In this document: positions 40,237 through 44,967 of the stretch, piece by piece
Position numbering within the stretch: the stretch's first letter is position 1
Layout: every line of letters starts with the position of its first letter
The notes under the pieces: model-generated
Seen by the model: only the letters and a program-made list of their open reading frames with translations
What the model was told of the DNA's origin: nothing
Databases searched by the model: none
From: Nitrospinaceae bacterium
Lineage (GTDB): Bacteria > Nitrospinota > Nitrospinia > Nitrospinales > VA-1
DNA length: 44,967 bases
Assembly: GCA_046754465.1 (NCBI GenBank)
Contig: JBHHVU010000024.1
Span: forward strand, 1 to 44,967
Reading direction: 5' to 3'
Made by a program: the position numbers and the translations under genes

Positions 40237-41523
40237 ATGATCATTATCGATAAGGCATTGCAAAAACGTAAAGAGGAGGGAAACCCCATCCGCGTCGCCA
40301 TGGTGGGGGCGGGGTTTATGGGCCGTGGCATCGCCCTGCAGATCCTGTCCGCCGTTCCCGGAATGCGGTTGGTGGGAATCTCCAACCGCACTTTGTCCGA
40401 GGCAGAGCGCGCTTATAAACAGGCGGGCGTGGATTCGGTGAAACGCGTGGACACCACGGCTCAACTGGAAGAGGCGATCGAGCGGGGACAATACGCCATC
40501 ACCGAGGACCCGATGGTTCTTTGCCAGGCGGAAAGGGTGGAGGCGGTGATCGAAGTGACCGGTGAGGTGGAATTCGGCGCCCACGTGGTCATGGAGGCGA
40601 TAAAGAACGGCAAGCACATTGTTTTGATGAACGCGGAACTGGATGCGTTGATCGGCCCCATCCTCAAGGTATATGCCGACCGCCAGGGCGTAATCTTTAC
40701 CAATGCCGACGGCGACCAGCCCGGCGTCATCATGAACCTATACCGGTTCGTGGACAGCATCGGTTACAACCCGGTTTTAGCGGGCAATATCAAAGGGCTG
40801 CAAGATCCCTACCGCACTCCGGAAACGCAAAAAGGGTTCGCGGAAAAACATCACCAGAAACCCCGCATGGTGACGTCCTTCGCCGACGGAACCAAGATTT
40901 CCATGGAAATGGCCATCGTCGCCAATGGCACGGGGCTCAAAATCGGCAAGCGGGGGATGTACGGACCCGAATGCGGCCACGTCAAGGAAACGACGGACCT
41001 GTTTCCCATGGACCAGCTTCTCAATGGAGGCCTCGTCGACTACATTCTTGGGGCCGAACCCGGTCCGGGCGTATTTGTCCTGGGGTATAACGAACATCCC
41101 ATCAAACAGCAGTACATGAAAACCTTCAAGATGGGGGACGGGCCCATTTACGCCTTTTACACGCCTTATCACCTGTGCCATTTCGAAGTTCCCCTTACCG
41201 TGGCCCGGGCCGTGCTGTTCCACGATGCCGCGCTGGCTCCCCTCCATGAACCGGTGGTGGAGGTGGTCACCGCTGCAAAACGCGATCTCAAAAAAGACGA
41301 GGTGTTGGATGGCCTGGGCGGATTTACCTGTTACGGCATGGCCGATAACTCCGATGTTTGCCGCAAGGAAAATCTTCTGCCCATGAGTGTCGCGGAAGGG
41401 GTCCGGATGAAACGGGATATTCCCAAGGACCGGGTGCTGACCCTCGATGATGTGGAATTGCCCTCCGGCCGGTTATGCGACCGGATTTTTGCCGAGCAAA
41501 AAGAATATTTTCACATTAAGTAA
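40237..41523 (+). CDS. NAD(P)-dependent oxidoreductase with C-terminal SAF domain (homoserine-dehydrogenase-like family)
   Basis: VGAGFMG, NAELD, GDQPG, SFADGTK, YTPYHL and SAF-type AKRDLK..EVLDGLGG motifs. Confidence 0.9.
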   Translation: MIIIDKALQKRKEEGNPIRVAMVGAGFMGRGIALQILSAVPGMRLVGISNRTLSEAERAYKQAGVDSVKRVDTTAQLEEAIERGQYAITEDPMVLCQAERVEAVIEVTGEVEFGAHVVMEAIKNGKHIVLMNAELDALIGPILKVYADRQGVIFTNADGDQPGVIMNLYRFVDSIGYNPVLAGNIKGLQDPYRTPETQKGFAEKHHQKPRMVTSFADGTKISMEMAIVANGTGLKIGKRGMYGPECGHVKETTDLFPMDQLLNGGLVDYILGAEPGPGVFVLGYNEHPIKQQYMKTFKMGDGPIYAFYTPYHLCHFEVPLTVARAVLFHDAALAPLHEPVVEVVTAAKRDLKKDEVLDGLGGFTCYGMADNSDVCRKENLLPMSVAEGVRMKRDIPKDRVLTLDDVELPSGRLCDRIFAEQKEYFHIK

Positions 41524-41589
41524 AAAGGGGATTTAAGGACAGCGGCCCAGGGACCGGCCGTTGGATGAGGGAAATCGCGCGGGCCCGCG

Positions 41590-41736
41590 TTATTTCAAAA
41601 CATCCATGGCGCGGGCAAAAGACAGAAACCAGTCCTTAAGATAAACGATCGCCACATAGCCCAGCGGGATGGCGGAAAGGACGGCTAAAAGTCCGTTTTG
41701 AATGTTTTCTGGCCAGGTTCCTTTTTTAATTTTCAT
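41590..41736 (-). CDS. Small single-TM hypothetical protein (48 aa)
   Basis: AAGGA SD before ATG 41736. Hydrophobic GLLAVLSAIPLGYVAIVYL. Overlaps the upstream gene's stop by 11 nt. Confidence 0.55.
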   Translation of the reverse strand: MKIKKGTWPENIQNGLLAVLSAIPLGYVAIVYLKDWFLSFARAMDVLK

Positions 41737-41944
41737 AATGGAAATTCCTTTTGATGAGCAGACACCCTTCTTTTTGAGGGATGGCGCCGGGGTCAACCCT
41801 TCTTTTAAAAATTAAAACCTCATCGCTGTCGGCGCCCCCGTTGGAAACGAATTCCCACCCATTGATCTCCAGATCCCGGATCTTGGCGTGGACATCCCCC
41901 TGACGGAATTGGGGCATATCCAAAAACCAGTATTCCCACTCCAT
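41726..41944 (-). CDS. DUF4177-like small protein (72 aa)
   Basis: GGAGG SD. MEWEY...GWEFVS...LIFKR pattern. Confidence 0.7.
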   Translation of the reverse strand: MEWEYWFLDMPQFRQGDVHAKIRDLEINGWEFVSNGGADSDEVLIFKRRVDPGAIPQKEGCLLIKRNFHYEN

Positions 41945-41991
41945 AACCCCTCCCGCTAGTTTAATTAAGGACTGCCTCCCATTTAAGGTGA

Positions 41992-42008
41992 AGCACACTT
42001 TGTGCCAA
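41992..42008 (-). promoter_or_regulatory. Sigma54 (-24/-12) promoter
   Basis: Minus strand TTGGCACAAAGTGTGCT (GG-N10-GC), about 50 nt upstream of ATG 41944. Confidence 0.65.
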
Positions 42009-42305
42009 AACTATCTCATTGAAAAATAAGGAATTAGTGGCATGGAGGGGTGGAAAAGGGGATCCATTTTGCGATTTTTCATACACTTTTATACAAGAGG
42101 TGACGGCCCTGGCATACCGGGCCAAAAATAGGAAAGCAGGGATTGCCGTCATTTCCAGTCCCCGCCGGGGCCGGTGCGAGGGGAACCTGGGCCTGGAAAA
42201 ATTTGCGTAATTTGACAGGCGGATGGCAAGGCTTTAGATTGAAGCAAGGTCCCCGCGAGTGTTCCCCCGTTCACCCTCGTCCTGGCGAAAGTGATAAGGA
42301 TGTTT

Positions 42306-42818
42306 ATGAAAATAAAATACATTGTTGCGGTTCTGGCTTCTTTTTTCATCTTTCCAACCCTGGTTTCGGCAAACCTGGGTCAATTGACCCTGGATAAGCT
42401 GCGGCTGGATTTCAACGTCTCCCTGGGCGACAGCGCCTGTGATGAATTATGGTCGTTCGATGCCGGAAAGGATGTCGCCGACCTGCGGGAGGAATACCCC
42501 TGTTACAACCGCACCGGGAAATATACCCTCACCCTGTCCGGACCTCCCGGTACCACCGTCACCCTTTTTGGGGAGTTTAATTATGGCAAGGGGAGGGGGT
42601 ATCTCATCATAAAAAAAATGGATGACCAACCGGTCTGGATATTGGATCTGGAACCGTCTCAAAAGGCCAAATGGTTTCAATCGCCGGCCGAGCGCACCTC
42701 GGGAGCCTATGAGGCGTATTATCACCCCGCGCCGATTTTCAGGGAGCACGTTTCCTCGTTTAAATGGGGAAAATGGTGGACCGGTGAATCCCCGGTCGGT
42801 GGTCCAGCCAATCCCTGA
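42306..42818 (+). CDS. Secreted hypothetical protein
   Basis: AAGGA SD and signal peptide MKIKYIVAVLASFFIFPTLVSA. Coding-like composition. Confidence 0.75.
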   Translation: MKIKYIVAVLASFFIFPTLVSANLGQLTLDKLRLDFNVSLGDSACDELWSFDAGKDVADLREEYPCYNRTGKYTLTLSGPPGTTVTLFGEFNYGKGRGYLIIKKMDDQPVWILDLEPSQKAKWFQSPAERTSGAYEAYYHPAPIFREHVSSFKWGKWWTGESPVGGPANP

Positions 42819-42902
42819 CCGGCCTAAAACACCACGGCACCCATCCCATGCGCCGTCTATATCCGCGGCCGTCCGCCAAGCCACCCACAACTAAGCGGAG
42901 CC

Positions 42903-42982
42903 CCTGCCGGCACCACGTCAGGCTTGGCCGTGGGCCAGCGCAAAGCCCCGGACCTCGCCAAGAAGATCAAGGTATAGCCATC
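42903..42982 (+). repeat. 80-bp imperfect direct repeat, copy 1
   Basis: 64/80 identical and ungapped versus 43876-43955. Identical 18-nt core acctcgccaagaagatca. Confidence 0.9.
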
Positions 42983-43009
42983 CTGCAAGGTCATAATAAA
43001 GTTTTAATC

Positions 43010-43038
43010 TTTACATGGTTATCATTTAATGATAACTT
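43010..43038 (+). promoter_or_regulatory. Promoter with overlapping palindromic operator of TA module 1
   Basis: TTTACA-N17-TAACTT with an extended TG. Perfect inverted repeat GTTATCATT-T-AATGATAAC at 43018-43036. Confidence 0.75.
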
Positions 43039-43044
43039 GCTCTT

Positions 43045-43416
43045 ATGAGTAGAAAGGGGCGTGACCGAAGCCTGGATATCCTTCTGGAACTCGACGGCCA
43101 GATTTTGGTGGTCGATCCGGCGGGAAAGTATTGGGTGAAGTTTTCGGTCAAGAAGGTGGAGCGGTCGCCTGAAAGACAGCACGGTCTCCGCTATTCGCTG
43201 ACCTTGCATGATGAAACCGGGGATCGTTTATTCGGTTTCGACAACGCCCACCCGGTACAAACCAGCGTGGGACCAGGCGGAAAAAGCCGCAAGGTCCACG
43301 ATCATAAGCACCGTTTCCATACGGTCCGGCCCTACGAATACAAAGACGCCGCTGCGCTCCTAGCCGATTTTTGGACGGCAGTTGACACGATCCTGAAGGA
43401 GAAAGGAATTATCTGA
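43045..43416 (+). CDS. DUF6516 / TumE-family putative toxin
   Basis: HGLRYSLTL...RLFGFDNAH...HDHKH...LLADFW pattern, coupled to a downstream HTH gene. Confidence 0.82.
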   Translation: MSRKGRDRSLDILLELDGQILVVDPAGKYWVKFSVKKVERSPERQHGLRYSLTLHDETGDRLFGFDNAHPVQTSVGPGGKSRKVHDHKHRFHTVRPYEYKDAAALLADFWTAVDTILKEKGII

Positions 43417-43778
43417 TGAGTACGCTTAAGGTTGGAATTGCAAGTTATGAGGAAATGAAAGCCAGAACCATGGACATCGCCCGCGGGGATCGAAAGCCCA
43501 GGCGCGGAGAAGCTAAAATCTGGTTTACCTCCATGGAAAGCTTCGCCAAGGTTCTTTCCGATCGCAACAGGTCCTTGCTGAAGCTCATTGCCGAAGCCCA
43601 ACCGGATTCTCTTTCAGAACTCGCTAGCCTTTCAGGACGAGCTAAATCGAATCTCTCACGCACCCTTCACACCATGGAACGCTATGGTCTGGTTCGTTTT
43701 AAAAAGGGGGCAGGCGGCAAGATCACGCCACAAGTCCCCTATACGGACATTGTGCTCGATGTTCCCCTTGGAAAATGA
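43416..43778 (+). CDS. Winged-HTH antitoxin / transcriptional regulator (HVO_A0114-like)
   Basis: FTSMESFAKVLS.RNRSLL, SLSELASLSGRAKSNLSRTL..MERYGLV. TGATG overlap with the toxin gene. Confidence 0.85.
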   Translation: MSTLKVGIASYEEMKARTMDIARGDRKPRRGEAKIWFTSMESFAKVLSDRNRSLLKLIAEAQPDSLSELASLSGRAKSNLSRTLHTMERYGLVRFKKGAGGKITPQVPYTDIVLDVPLGK

Positions 43779-43875
43779 AGGACACTCCCTGTTTCTTCCA
43801 GTTCAGGTAATGGGAACGTTCCCGCACCCAGCCGCCACGAGATCGAAATTATTTTTGTAGATCGTTAACTGCACG

Positions 43876-43955
43876 CCTGCCAGCACCGCGTCCCGCCTGG
43901 CCATGGACCCGTACGAAGCCCCGAACCTCGCCAAGAAGATCAGGGTGTAATCATC
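43876..43955 (+). repeat. 80-bp imperfect direct repeat, copy 2
   Basis: Matches 42903-42982 at 80% identity, 973 bp downstream. Confidence 0.9.
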
Positions 43956-44039
43956 ACCCAAATCTCCACCCCGAATGTCGCTGCCTCATCCGACAGACTT
44001 TGGTGAAACATGATTTGCGCTTCCTATTCATAGCACGGT

Positions 44040-44068
44040 TTGGCACTTGTCATGTTACATATTACAAT
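44040..44068 (+). promoter_or_regulatory. higBA promoter/operator
   Basis: TTGGCA-N17-TACAAT, with near-palindrome TTGTCAT-N7-ATTACAA at 44047-44067. Confidence 0.65.
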
Positions 44069-44073
44069 GAGCC

Positions 44074-44352
44074 ATGATCGAGAATTTCCGGCACCGGGGT
44101 TTGAAAAGGCTCTACGAAAGGGGCGACAAAAGCCGATTGAGGCCCGATATCGCGGATAAGGCAGAGCTTTATTTGTCGGTTCTCGATAGTGCGGAAAATT
44201 TAGAGGAACTGGATATTACAGGATTCGGTTTTCACCCTCTCACGGGCAACATGCGTGGTTTTTACAGTGTCTTTGTATCCAGAAACCATAGAATTATCTT
44301 CAGGTTTGAGGAAGGCAAGGCATTTGATATTGATTTGGTGGATTACCCTTAG
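44074..44352 (+). CDS. higB: HigB-like (RelE/ParE family, plasmid-killer type) toxin
   Basis: MIENFRHRGLKRLYE.G, FHPLTG...FYSV.V..NHRIIFRF and terminal DLVDY. Confidence 0.92.
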   Translation: MIENFRHRGLKRLYERGDKSRLRPDIADKAELYLSVLDSAENLEELDITGFGFHPLTGNMRGFYSVFVSRNHRIIFRFEEGKAFDIDLVDYP

Positions 44353-44364
44353 GAGGCAAACATC

Positions 44365-44664
44365 ATGGCCATGAAACAACCCGTTCACCCGGGCAAAATT
44401 ATAAAGCGTTGCATAGAATCCGCGGGGTTGAGTGTGACGGAAGCCGCAAAAGGTTTGGGCGTCACCCGGCAGACCCTATCAAGGGTGATCAATGCCAAAA
44501 CCTCTCTATCGGCAGAAATGGCTATCCGTGTATCCAAGGCTTTCGGCAGTACGCCGGAACATTGGCTTAGAATGCAAATGGCGTATGACATGGCCCGGAT
44601 GCGCGGCAAGGCGGCCAGCATAAAGGTTAAACGTTTCCCGGAAGCTCCTGCCGCCTTTACCTGA
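44365..44664 (+). CDS. higA: HigA-family addiction-module antitoxin
   Basis: PVHPGKII, LSVTEAAKGLGVTRQTLSRVIN and SAEMAIR...FGSTPEHWLRMQ.AYD. AGGAGG SD. Confidence 0.95.
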   Translation: MAMKQPVHPGKIIKRCIESAGLSVTEAAKGLGVTRQTLSRVINAKTSLSAEMAIRVSKAFGSTPEHWLRMQMAYDMARMRGKAASIKVKRFPEAPAAFT

Positions 44665-44967
44665 TGCCATGAAATCCATCAACGCCATTTCTATCGAGGC
44701 ATCCGATTGTTCGTTCAAATTTATATAGCGGCTTTCGGCCAATAGCAGACATTCGGCTCTGGGAGCCTTCCCGAACAATGCGGATCTTCTCTTCTAAGGA
44801 AAGTTTAACAGAAAATATCTCTTAGCTTTTTATCTCATATGGTCCACTTTTGGCTGACGTTAAACAAAATATTGAAAATTATTGAGTTATGTTTATAAAA
44901 GTATTTATTTTATGCTATTGACTAGCAATATGGCTAGCTTTCGGGGGGGGCAGGCCAGTTAGGCTAG

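Noticed and set aside
42903..43955. Repeats as integron attC sites or CRISPR repeats
   Set aside because: Only two copies, 973 bp apart, with no RYYYAAC...GTTRRRY ends or hairpin symmetry, and no intI or cas genes.

Overview
Chromosomal window from a diderm bacterium with roughly 55% GC in coding regions and AT-rich intergenic gaps. The gene repertoire looks Nitrospinota/deltaproteobacteria-like, but that is an impression only. From left to right: a frameshifted secreted protein and tatA; a minus-strand nuoE-nuoG-nuoD mini-cluster without nuoF; an ammonium transporter followed by a ~21-repeat exported TPR protein; a YajG-like lipoprotein; a signalling block (small HD-GYP-N-like protein, HDOD protein, hybrid histidine kinase, REC-TM-DUF1566 protein); and a formyltransferase. 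Next is a ~19 kb variant Pel-type exopolysaccharide locus: deacetylase-only pelA, three PelB-like TPR/beta-barrel genes, an unknown exported protein, pelD-E-F-G, a pelX-like epimerase and a stand-alone GH114/TM1410 hydrolase. A CDP-sugar operon follows (rfbF, lhgO-like, SDR epimerase, rfbC-like, SAF oxidoreductase), then small genes behind a sigma54-type promoter, and two toxin-antitoxin modules (DUF6516/TumE-HTH and HigBA), each preceded by a copy of an 80-bp repeat. The most striking item is the rebuilt Pel system: split PelA, a three-part export apparatus whose middle gene is a chimera of its neighbours, no pelC, and a PelD whose RxxD c-di-GMP site reads ENPD. No rRNA, tRNA, CRISPR array, transposase or integrase was recognised. 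All family assignments come from reading motifs by eye; no database search was run.
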